The position numbers and the translations under genes are program-made. The notes below the pieces were generated by a model. The model searched no databases. It was not told the origin of the DNA and was given only the letters and a program-made list of their open reading frames with translations. A DNA stretch of 63,114 nucleotides, taken from NCBI GenBank assembly GCA_947643285.1, contig CANRVK010000001.1, positions 1-63,114 on the forward strand, given 5' to 3'. Positions 1 to 8,400 of the stretch are shown one piece after another. This stretch comes from an uncultured Eubacteriaceae bacterium. Lineage in GTDB: Bacteria > Bacillota > Clostridia > Lachnospirales > Lachnospiraceae. Position 1 is the first letter of the stretch. The number at the start of each line of letters is the position of its first letter.

Positions 1-1
1 G

Positions 2-166
2 ACAGTAAGACCGTATCATATATCGGACACTTGTGCAGAGTGTGGGTCACGTATTGTAAGATATAATAAAGGGAAGTTATATGTATGTCCAAAGGGACAT
101 AGAGGAAATAGTGGGTTAAATGCGGCGAGGAATATCGGGCAGCATTTTTTGAGGAACTATAATTAG
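2..166 (+). CDS. TnpB / IS605-OrfB-like protein, C-terminal fragment (5' part outside the window)
   Basis: Frame 2 reads TVRPYHISDTCAECGSRIVRYNKGKLYVCPKGHRGNSGLNAARNIGQHFLRNYN then TAG at 164-166. This gives a zinc ribbon (CxxC ... CPxxH) plus the NAARNI motif typical of TnpB-type C-termini. It is absent from the ORF track because the window edge truncates it. Confidence 0.5.
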   Translation, partial: TVRPYHISDTCAECGSRIVRYNKGKLYVCPKGHRGNSGLNAARNIGQHFLRNYN

Positions 167-185
167 ATAAGGTATATATAATAAC

Positions 186-210
186 TAAAAGCTAGAAAAA
201 TTAGCTTTTA
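186..210 (+). other. Perfect 9-bp-stem hairpin downstream of the tnpB-like stop (possible IS-end or omega-RNA-region structure, or a weak terminator)
   Basis: TAAAAGCTA-gaaaaat-TAGCTTTTA read directly from the sequence. Confidence 0.35.
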
Positions 211-386
211 AAAAGCTGATTTTTATATAAATCTGGGGAAACCGCAGAAGAGGAAGAGAGAAAGAGCTGTCTTCTTTGGGTACAGCACCGCCCGTTTCTA
301 CCGAAAGGAAAGAGAAGAAGGTACAGACAAAGAAGGAGAAATCCTGTTGTGCTGAGAGTTATGAAAGAAAAAAACAGGGAAGAAAG

Positions 387-1562
387 ATGAAAAAAGTGCT
401 GATAATAACAACGGTAAGTGGATTTGTACCACAGTTTGAAATGAATAATGTTTCTATTTTACAGGAAATGGGATATGAAGTTCACTATGCCAGCAATTTT
501 CATAATCCACACTATGGTTCAGATAATCATCGACTAGATGGAACAGGTATTATCTGTCATCAGATAGATTTTATGCGTTCTCCTTTTCATGTGATGGCAA
601 ATCTAAAGGCATATAGACAACTTTGTAGACTTTTGCAAGAACAAAGATTTTATTTTATACATTGTCATACACCGATGGGAGGAGTATTGGGAAGATTGGC
701 TGCAGAACAGAATCGAAGGAAACAACATTCTGGCTGTGGGGTAATTTATACAGCACATGGATTTCATTTTTTTCGAGGCGCTCCACTTATCAACTGGATT
801 TTTTATTATCCGGTGGAACGTTGGCTTGCTCATTTTACAGATATATTAATTACCATTAATAGAGAAGACTATCAGCGGGCAAAGAAGTTTCACTTAAGGG
901 AAGTGAAAGGCAAACGGGGAAGAGTGGAAAAAGTAAATGGGGTAGGAATTGATGTGACATATTACCAAAGGATAGCGATAGATCGAGAGGCAGTCAGGAA
1001 AGAAATGGGGGTAAAAAAGGGACAGCTTTTGTTTCTTTCGATTGGGGAATTAAACCACAATAAAAATCACAAAGTGATGATAGAAGCACTTGCCAAAAGT
1101 AAGAGGGATATCTGTTATGTGATATGTGGGGAGGGGAAATGTAAAAAGGTGTTGGAGAAATTGATGAAAAAATATCAGTTAGAAGATAAGGTGCAATTAT
1201 TGGGATATCGAAAGGATATTCCAGAACTGTTAAAGGCATCTGATCTATTTGTGCTGCCTTCTTTTCGAGAAGGGCTTTCGCTTTCTTTACAGGAGGCGAT
1301 GGCTTGTGGCGTGCCAGTAATTGCTTCTGATATTCGAGGAAATAGGGAATTGATTGATAGGGGAAAAGGTGGATGGCTGATTCAGCCAAATGATAAAAAA
1401 GGGTTGATAAAAATAATAAATACACTAGAGAAAAGCAATCTGGCTTTTATGGGAGATTATAATGGCAGGAAAATAGAAGCGTATGACAGAAAGATTATGA
1501 TAGGGAAAATGAAAAAAATATATGATTCTATTGATAAGGAGATATTATGCTACATGGACTAA
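387..1562 (+). CDS. Glycosyltransferase, GT-B fold, family 4-like
   Basis: ORF 276..1562. An internal ATG at 387 (MKKVLIITTVSG) follows the purine-rich GGGAAGAAAG, whereas 276 is a TTG with a K/E-rich low-complexity extension. The C-terminal FVLPSFREGLSLSLQEAMACGVPVIASD region is the E-x7-E type motif of retaining GT4 enzymes. Confidence 0.8.
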   Translation: MKKVLIITTVSGFVPQFEMNNVSILQEMGYEVHYASNFHNPHYGSDNHRLDGTGIICHQIDFMRSPFHVMANLKAYRQLCRLLQEQRFYFIHCHTPMGGVLGRLAAEQNRRKQHSGCGVIYTAHGFHFFRGAPLINWIFYYPVERWLAHFTDILITINREDYQRAKKFHLREVKGKRGRVEKVNGVGIDVTYYQRIAIDREAVRKEMGVKKGQLLFLSIGELNHNKNHKVMIEALAKSKRDICYVICGEGKCKKVLEKLMKKYQLEDKVQLLGYRKDIPELLKASDLFVLPSFREGLSLSLQEAMACGVPVIASDIRGNRELIDRGKGGWLIQPNDKKGLIKIINTLEKSNLAFMGDYNGRKIEAYDRKIMIGKMKKIYDSIDKEILCYMD

Positions 1563-2335
1563 AGGTAAAAATAGATGTTTTTATAAAATATAGAAATCTA
1601 TTAGAAAATTTGGTATCTAGGGATATAAAAGTAAGATACAGACGGTCTGTATTAGGAATGCTTTGGACAGTATTAAATCCGCTTTTGATGATGGTGGTAA
1701 TTACGATTGTCTTTTCTACTTTATTTAAACAGAATATTGAACACTTTCCTATTTATTATTTGTCAGGTTCTCTTATTTTTTCTTTTTCTTCAGAAACGAC
1801 AAGTAATGCACTTTACTCTATTATAGGAAATGCCTCTTTGATGAAAAAAGTTTATATTCCAAAGTATTTATTTCCTGTATCGAAGGTAGTATCAGGTTTG
1901 GTAAATTTGGGATTTTCTTTAATTGCAATGTTTGTTGTTATGCTGGCGATGGGGGTGGAATGTCGTATTACTTTACTGCTTTTGCCGATTCCTATTTTTT
2001 ATACATTTTTATTTGCAACTGGGTTGGGACTTCTTTTATCTGCAGCAACGGTTTTCTTTCGTGATATTTCCCATTTTTATGGGGTATTTGTTATGGCATG
2101 GACTTATTTTACACCGATTTTTTATCCAGTGGATATTTTGCCAGAAACAGCAAGAAAAGTGATGGATTTTAATCCTATGTATCATTATGTGCAATATATG
2201 AGAGAGCTGATTCTGTATGGAAATTTTCCTAGTATGAGAGAGAATCTGATCTGCTTTTTATTTGGAGCAGGAATGTTATTAATTGGGACTTGGGTGTTTT
2301 ACCGAAAGCAGGATAAGTTTGTACTATATGTATAG
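1547..2335 (+). CDS. ABC-2 type polysaccharide/teichoic-acid export permease (Wzm/TagG/RgpC-like)
   Basis: 262 aa with multiple hydrophobic spans. The N-terminal LVSRDIKVRYRRSVLGMLWTVLNPLL signature is typical of ABC-2 glycan exporters. The start overlaps the upstream stop and the gene sits next to its ATPase. Confidence 0.8.
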   Translation: MLHGLKVKIDVFIKYRNLLENLVSRDIKVRYRRSVLGMLWTVLNPLLMMVVITIVFSTLFKQNIEHFPIYYLSGSLIFSFSSETTSNALYSIIGNASLMKKVYIPKYLFPVSKVVSGLVNLGFSLIAMFVVMLAMGVECRITLLLLPIPIFYTFLFATGLGLLLSAATVFFRDISHFYGVFVMAWTYFTPIFYPVDILPETARKVMDFNPMYHYVQYMRELILYGNFPSMRENLICFLFGAGMLLIGTWVFYRKQDKFVLYV

Positions 2336-2348
2336 GAAGGAAAAAGAA

Positions 2349-3077
2349 ATGGATGCAATGATACGGGTAAATGATGTATCTATGATGTTCAATATGAGCA
2401 GTGATCGAATTGACAATATAAAAGAATATATTATCAGACTGTTAAAGAAACAACTGATGTTTCAAGAATTTTGGGCGTTGAAGCATATTTCATTTGAACT
2501 GGAAAAAGGGGATTCATTAGGAATAGTCGGGTTAAACGGCTCTGGAAAAAGTACTTTGCTTAAGACCATTGCAGGAGTATTAAAACCGACGAAGGGAAGT
2601 GTCTATACAGGAGGAGCGATTGCACCACTGATTGAGTTAGGAGCTGGATTTGATGACGATTTGTCAGCAGAAGAGAATGTTTATCTAAATGGAGCGATTC
2701 TTGGATATTCAAAAGAATATATGGACAGTAAATATGAAGAGATTATTACATTTGCTGAACTGAAAGATTTTACACAAGTGCCATTAAAAAATTATTCTTC
2801 TGGTATGAAGGCACGCCTTGGATTCGCAATCGCAACGATGAATGTACCAGATATTTTAATATTAGATGAAGTGCTGGCAGTTGGTGATTATAAATTTCAG
2901 GAAAAGAGTTTTCATAGGATGGAAGAAATTTTACATTCTGGTGCAACTGTTTTATTTGTTTCTCATTCTGTAGAACAGGTGAGAAAAATCTGTAAGAAAG
3001 CACTTTGGCTTTCCAATGGAGAGATGAAGATGTTTGGAGATGCAGAGATGGTTTGTTCTCAATATGAGATGATGTAG
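2349..3077 (+). CDS. ABC transporter ATP-binding protein (Wzt/TagH/RgpD-like, short form)
   Basis: Walker A GLNGSGKST, ABC signature YSSGMKARLG and Walker B ILILDE are all present. The ATG at 2349 follows AGGAAGGAAAAAG, so the ORF-track start at 2283 overlaps the permease and is unlikely. There is no C-terminal carbohydrate-binding extension. Confidence 0.85.
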   Translation: MDAMIRVNDVSMMFNMSSDRIDNIKEYIIRLLKKQLMFQEFWALKHISFELEKGDSLGIVGLNGSGKSTLLKTIAGVLKPTKGSVYTGGAIAPLIELGAGFDDDLSAEENVYLNGAILGYSKEYMDSKYEEIITFAELKDFTQVPLKNYSSGMKARLGFAIATMNVPDILILDEVLAVGDYKFQEKSFHRMEEILHSGATVLFVSHSVEQVRKICKKALWLSNGEMKMFGDAEMVCSQYEMM

Positions 3078-3153
3078 AAGCAACAGAGATTATAAGAGTG
3101 TATTTTAAGATAAAATAATAAAAAGTTATCTTTTTATAAAAGAAGAGGGTATT

Positions 3154-4296
3154 ATGGTTGCAAAAAAGAAAGTATTGTTTGTAATTACACAATTCTATAA
3201 AGGTGGAGCAGAAGTTGCATTGTTAAATCTATTTCGGAATCTTTCGCCCCAAAAGTATAAAATAGATTTTCTTATTTTTGATCAGATGATTTTAAAAAAT
3301 GCACAATCTTTAATAGAAGAAATTCCTCCTTGGATTCGGGTGTGCAATGCTGCAGAAAGAGAAGGAAGATTTGCTGTTATTTTTAAAATTTGGTTTAAAT
3401 TATATCGAAAGATCACCAAACGGCAGTTATATCGAAGGAGTGCATATCAGTTTGTAAAAGGAAAGCGATATGATATGGCTTTTTCTTATGGAGAATGGTT
3501 ATCTCCAGAGTTTGTTGCTAAAAAAGTAAAGGCAAAGAAAAAGATGGTATGGATACATACAGATATCGATAAAGCCAATTATGTGGATGAAACGATTTTA
3601 TTCGGATTCGATAAGATGTATGATCGTTATATTTTTGTATCGGAACAGTCAAAAGAAAGTGCAATAAAACGGTTTCCTTTTTTAGAGGGAAAATCAGTCG
3701 TTGTGCATAATATGTGTGATGAAAAAGAGATACGTCTGGCAGCAGAAAAACCAGTTTCCAGTTTAGAATCCTATCCAAAACCTTGGCTGCTTAGTGTAGG
3801 AAATTTAAGAGAAGAAAAAAATTATCCCAGACAGGTTGAAGTAATGCGAATTTTAAAAGAGCGAGGAGCGGTTCTAACATGGTTTTGTATTGGATCGACA
3901 GCGAATTATTTTATCTGTCAAAAAGTAAAGGAATTGATTGAGCAGTATCAATTACAAGAACAGTTTGTTTTGTTAGGAGTAAAGAAAAATCCTTATAAAT
4001 TTATGAAACGGGCAGAAGCAGTTATGGTACTTTCTGATTTTGAATCTTGGTCTTTTGTAATTACAGAGGCAAAGGTTCTTGGAGTACCTGTTATTGCTAC
4101 TGCTACTTCTGGGGCAAAAGAACAGTTGGTGAATGGAGTAAATGGAATTATTACTTCGTTTGAACCGAAAGAAATAGCAGAGCAGATTTTAGAGTATTTA
4201 AAAGAACCATCAAAGAAAGAACAGATTTGTAAAAATCTTGAAGGGTTTTCTACAAATCAAGATGTAATCAAGGAGTTTGAAGGATTACTTTCTTAA
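3154..4296 (+). CDS. Glycosyltransferase, GT4-like
   Basis: 380 aa. The N-terminus KKVLFVITQFYKGGAEVALLNL and the C-terminal SWSFVITEAKVLGVPVIATATSG motif indicate a GT-B retaining-type enzyme. Confidence 0.75.
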   Translation: MVAKKKVLFVITQFYKGGAEVALLNLFRNLSPQKYKIDFLIFDQMILKNAQSLIEEIPPWIRVCNAAEREGRFAVIFKIWFKLYRKITKRQLYRRSAYQFVKGKRYDMAFSYGEWLSPEFVAKKVKAKKKMVWIHTDIDKANYVDETILFGFDKMYDRYIFVSEQSKESAIKRFPFLEGKSVVVHNMCDEKEIRLAAEKPVSSLESYPKPWLLSVGNLREEKNYPRQVEVMRILKERGAVLTWFCIGSTANYFICQKVKELIEQYQLQEQFVLLGVKKNPYKFMKRAEAVMVLSDFESWSFVITEAKVLGVPVIATATSGAKEQLVNGVNGIITSFEPKEIAEQILEYLKEPSKKEQICKNLEGFSTNQDVIKEFEGLLS

Positions 4297-4320
4297 TATG
4301 ATGCGAAAGGAGAAAGACAG

Positions 4321-5490
4321 ATGAAAAAAATATTGTATCTGTTTGATGATATAAATTATCAAAGCGGTGCACAAAAAGTTACTTTTTTTCAGATGAAAAC
4401 TTTAAGCAGTGATTATAAAGTTCATGTATTCTCTTTAAGCAAACCGCAGGAACACATTGATTTAAAAGGTATTTCGATAATTGGAAAGGAAGTTTGGGAG
4501 AGGACAGAGCTATTTTCTTATTCATTAAAAAAAGTTTTGTTTTTAAAAAGAATTTCTTTTCTAAAAAAGATACAGCGTTTTCTTTATTCTATTTCAATAA
4601 GAATAGGAAAGGGCGAATCATACTTGAATCATTTATTTTATCAGGAAATAAAACAAAGATTTGAAAAATATGATGTGATAATTGTGGTTAGTGAGGCATC
4701 AAAGTTAAGAGAATTGGTTTCTAATTTAAAACATCCTAAAAAGATACAATGGATTCATACAGATTATGCTCTATGGAGCGAATTTTCAGATTGGACAAGA
4801 ATGATAACAAAAAAGGATTCGATGATTTATAAAAAGTTTGATTGGATTGTTACTTTATCAGAATATAGCCGGAAAGGTTTACTAAAGAAGTTGCCAGATT
4901 TGAAGGATAAAACAATTGTAATTCCTAATTTAATAGATGGAGAAACTATTTTAGAAAAATCAAAGGAAGACTTGGATTTAAAATGGAACAATTCCAAATG
5001 TCATATCATTACTGTGGGAAGAGTAGATAAAGAAAAAGCATATGATCGTGTATTGGATATTTGTAGAAAGTTAAAAAAAGAAGGGTATTCATTTTGCTGG
5101 TATATTGTAGGAGATGGACCATTAAAAAGACATTTGGAAAAAAGGGTAAAAGAAGAGCAGTTAGGAGATTATGTAAAATTAGTGGGAAAATTGGAAAATC
5201 CATATCCTCTTATGAAACGTTGTGATTGGTTTGTGCTTCTTTCACAATATGAAGGAACACCAGTTACAATAGATGAAGCTATGATATTAGGAGTACCAGT
5301 GATTGCTACAGATGTTGGAGGGATTGCAGAACAGATGGGAAGATATAAAAAAGGAGCTGTTTTAAAAAGTGGAACATTGTATGAAGATTTTAAAAAGGAA
5401 ATAGAAAAAAAAGAACAGATAGAACCCATTGAATATAAAAGTTTTAATGAAAAAATTATTTGTAATTTAAAAGAATTATTGGAGAAATAG
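4321..5490 (+). CDS. Glycosyltransferase, GT4-like
   Basis: 389 aa. The motif SQYEGTPVTIDEAMILGVPVIATDVGG is present and an RBS AAAGGAGAAAG lies upstream. Confidence 0.75.
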   Translation: MKKILYLFDDINYQSGAQKVTFFQMKTLSSDYKVHVFSLSKPQEHIDLKGISIIGKEVWERTELFSYSLKKVLFLKRISFLKKIQRFLYSISIRIGKGESYLNHLFYQEIKQRFEKYDVIIVVSEASKLRELVSNLKHPKKIQWIHTDYALWSEFSDWTRMITKKDSMIYKKFDWIVTLSEYSRKGLLKKLPDLKDKTIVIPNLIDGETILEKSKEDLDLKWNNSKCHIITVGRVDKEKAYDRVLDICRKLKKEGYSFCWYIVGDGPLKRHLEKRVKEEQLGDYVKLVGKLENPYPLMKRCDWFVLLSQYEGTPVTIDEAMILGVPVIATDVGGIAEQMGRYKKGAVLKSGTLYEDFKKEIEKKEQIEPIEYKSFNEKIICNLKELLEK

Positions 5491-5492
5491 AA

Positions 5493-6655
5493 ATGTGGCA
5501 TAGTATAAAGGATTTTATTGCAGGGCATATATGGTCATTTTCTGCATACCAAAGAAAAGTGAATATTTTATCAGATAAGATTATCGATATGGAAAGGGAA
5601 CAAGAAGAAAAAGAAAAGGATAAAGTAAGTTTAATTAAAGAATTACAAGATAGAATCAGTTTTCAAAGTATACTAGATGAACTTATCAAACATATCAATG
5701 AGTTGGATATAGAGAAAAATAGATTAGTATAAAAATATGAGAAGCTAGAAGAAGAAAAAGAGCAATTATTCCAAAAGTACTATCAGATAGAAGAGGAAAG
5801 AGATGAGTTAAAGAAGGAAAAGGAAGGGTTATTACAAGAATATAATCAAGTGCAGGAGGAAAAAGATAAGTTAAAAGAAGAGGGAGAACAATTATTACAA
5901 AATTATAATCAAGAACAGGAAGAAAGAAATAGGTTAGAAGAAAAATATAAATTATTAGAAAGTGAAAATAAAGATATAAATGCAAGATGTATAAATTTAA
6001 GCGATGAAATTGAACATTATAAAAAAGAACAAATTAAGGAAAACGGGTTGGGAATACCATCTGGTGAGTTTTGGAATGAACATTATAAAAATAATGGAAA
6101 TTCTGGAACAGGTTCTTACCATCGTTTAGCAGAATTTAAAGCGGAAATAGTGAATCAATTTATTACAAAAGAAAAGATAAAATCTGTTATAGAAATTGGG
6201 TGTGGAGATGGAAATCAACTTTCTCTTATTCATTATAATAACTATACAGGAGTAGATGTTTCAGAAGTGATAGTGGAAAGGAATAAGAAAAATTATCAAA
6301 ATGATAACACCAAACAATTTTTTGCACAAAAACAGAAAGAAAAAAATATATAAATCAAAAGTATGATATGTCAATATCAATGGATGTTATTTTTCATTTA
6401 TTAGAAGATCAAATTTTTTATGAATATATGGAAGATTTGTTTTTGTTAGCGGAAAGATATGTTGTAATTTATAACAGTAATCATGAGGAATATACAAAAT
6501 GGTCGGAATATAGACATAGAAATTTTATTTCTTATATTCAGGAAAAGATAAGAGGATGGGAGTTATATCAATATATACCAAATCGGTATCCCTATAAAAT
6601 CGGTGAGGAAGAAACGACATCTGCATCAGACTTTTATATATTTAAGAAGAAATAG
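5493..6655 (+). pseudogene. Coiled-coil + class I SAM-dependent methyltransferase, interrupted (one in-frame TAA and one frameshift)
   Basis: ORF-track pieces 5493..5732 and 5850..6353 share one frame and are separated only by TAA at 5730-5732, and the E/K/Q/L heptad-like sequence continues straight across the stop. SAM motif I VIEIGCGDGNQL lies in piece 2. The expected downstream motif (KYDMSISMDVIFHLLED) lies in piece 3 (6368..6655) in another frame. That frame is open back to 6308, so the frame change falls within 6308-6353, which contains a T6 run (6318-6323) and an A7 run (6340-6346). Confidence 0.7.
5754..5942 (+). repeat. Three diverged tandem 63-bp (21-codon, three-heptad) repeats inside the coiled-coil region
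   Basis: The units are EKEQLFQKYYQIEEERDELKK, EKEGLLQEYNQVQEEKDKLKE and EGEQLLQNYNQEQEERNRLEE, starting at 5754, 5817 and 5880. Confidence 0.7.
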
Positions 6656-6657
6656 AT

Positions 6658-8385
6658 ATGGAGAAAAAAGAGATGAAAGTTTCAATTATCGTTCCAGTAT
6701 ACAATACAGAAAAATATGTAGCTAAAACATTAGATTCGTTGGTAAATCAGACATTAGATTCTTATGAAATTATAGTAGTGAATGATGGTTCTACAGATAA
6801 TTCACAGGAAATTATTAAAGAATATACTAAAAAGTATCCTAATTTAATTCAGGCATATTATAAAGAAAATGGTGGTTTAGGTTCAGCCAGAAATTATGGG
6901 TTGCAGTATGCAAAAGGAGAATACGTGGGTTTTGTGGATTCTGATGATTGGGTAGACGAAAAAATGTATCAAGCTATGTACCAAAAGGCAGTTGAAGAAA
7001 AATGTGATATTGTGTTATGCGATTTTACATCAATATATGATGGATGGAAAACAGGTTGGTGTTCAAAAGGTTATAGAGGACCTAATGATTATCCAACAAA
7101 ACAGGAATATATGTTATATTGTTTAGATCCTGCAACAGCATGTAATAAACTATTTAAGAAAGAATTGTTTTATTGTTCTAAATTTAAACAAGGATGGTAT
7201 GAAGATGTTGCAACTATTCCAATCTTGTTTTCTTATGCAAAAGAAATTGGATATCTCCCTATTCAACTTTATTATTATCGTCAACATAATGGATCGATTA
7301 CTCACAATAATAGGGATAGACGTACTTTGGATATTCAAGGTGCATGGTTAGAAATTATAGAAAAAGTAAAACAAGAATATAGGGAAGAAATAATTTGGGC
7401 TGTATATAATAGTATAATTACATTTATTTATTTTAAACCAGTTTTTGCAGATGAATTTATAGAGTTTGCAATAACAAATCAAAAATTATTTAAGAATAAT
7501 GTATATGTTAAAAGTGCTATAGAAAATAAAGAAATTGAAAATATTTTTATTAAGAAATTAATTCCAAAAAAGATACATTATTTTTGGTTTGGAAATAATC
7601 CGAAAAATGAATTGCAGAAAAAATGTATAGAATCGTGGAAAAAGTATGCCCCAGATTTTGAAATAATTGAATGGAATGAAAACAATTGTGATATTAATGA
7701 GTGTACTTATGTAAAAGAAGCATATGAGGAAAAAAAGTGGGCATTTGTAGCTGATTATTTTAGGATTAAAAGGATATATGAATATGGGGGGATTTATTTA
7801 GATACAGATGTTGAATTTTTAACAGATATTTCTATATTGCGGTTAAATACAGTTTTCTTTGCATTTGAAACAAAAACAGGAATTAATGCTGCTATATTTG
7901 GAGCACAAGAAAAGAATAATTTAATATATAAATGGTTTTTTACCTATAAGGGGGATCACTTAAAAAGAGAAGATGGAACACTTAATACATCAAATACGAT
8001 TGTAGTTCGATTAACAAAATTACTGACAGAGGGGTATAATGTCATATTAAATGGTCAAGAACAGGTTTTAAAAGGTGATATAAAAATTTATCCTCCTAAT
8101 GTATTAACATTAAATATGTATGATGGAAAATGTATTACACAACATCATTATGAGGCTTCTTGGTGGGGTGCAAAAGCAGGAATAACATCTTATAAATATG
8201 AAGTATTAAAGGATTATTTTTTTAATATTCAGATAGAAGAAATTCAAGATAAAATTTCTATTGAAATAAAACAGGAAGAAACTATAAATAATTTAATGCT
8301 TCAATTAGAGCAAATGAAAAATTCTACATGTTGGAAAATAACAAAACCATTACGTGGAATTATGCATTTAATGAAAAAATATTAA
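6658..8385 (+). CDS. Two-domain glycosyltransferase (N-terminal GT2, central GT32/DXD sugar-transferase-like domain) with a C-terminal coiled-coil tail
   Basis: VSIIVPVYNTEKYV...IIVVNDGSTDNS...FVDSDD marks the GT2 domain. KKIHYFWFGNNP...YFRIKRIYEYGGIYLDTDVEF...HHYEASWW marks the GT32-like DXD domain. The tail is IEEIQDKISIEIKQEETINNLMLQLEQMKNSTCWKITKPLRG. Confidence 0.7.
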   Translation: MEKKEMKVSIIVPVYNTEKYVAKTLDSLVNQTLDSYEIIVVNDGSTDNSQEIIKEYTKKYPNLIQAYYKENGGLGSARNYGLQYAKGEYVGFVDSDDWVDEKMYQAMYQKAVEEKCDIVLCDFTSIYDGWKTGWCSKGYRGPNDYPTKQEYMLYCLDPATACNKLFKKELFYCSKFKQGWYEDVATIPILFSYAKEIGYLPIQLYYYRQHNGSITHNNRDRRTLDIQGAWLEIIEKVKQEYREEIIWAVYNSIITFIYFKPVFADEFIEFAITNQKLFKNNVYVKSAIENKEIENIFIKKLIPKKIHYFWFGNNPKNELQKKCIESWKKYAPDFEIIEWNENNCDINECTYVKEAYEEKKWAFVADYFRIKRIYEYGGIYLDTDVEFLTDISILRLNTVFFAFETKTGINAAIFGAQEKNNLIYKWFFTYKGDHLKREDGTLNTSNTIVVRLTKLLTEGYNVILNGQEQVLKGDIKIYPPNVLTLNMYDGKCITQHHYEASWWGAKAGITSYKYEVLKDYFFNIQIEEIQDKISIEIKQEETINNLMLQLEQMKNSTCWKITKPLRGIMHLMKKY

Positions 8386-8400
8386 TGTGGAGAGAAATAG

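Noticed and set aside
276-386. The TTG start at 276 for the first glycosyltransferase.
   Set aside because: The extension is K/E-rich and low in complexity. The ATG at 387 gives the canonical MKKVLIITT glycosyltransferase N-terminus and has a purine-rich RBS.
994-1425. Antisense or out-of-frame ORFs inside long genes, for example 994-1425(-), 2770-3192(-), 5169-5528(-), 5695-5985(-), 33944-34243(-), 37474-37773(-), 47522-47791(-) and 62469-62867(+).
   Set aside because: These are shadow ORFs overlapping well-supported coding regions. They have low-complexity or hydrophobic nonsense composition and no RBS.
5850-6655. ORF-track entries 5850-6353 and 6368-6655 as independent genes.
   Set aside because: The 5850 start is a GTG in the middle of a tandem coiled-coil repeat that continues in frame from 5493. 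The 6368 piece carries the second half of the same methyltransferase fold. Both are better explained as fragments of one disrupted gene.
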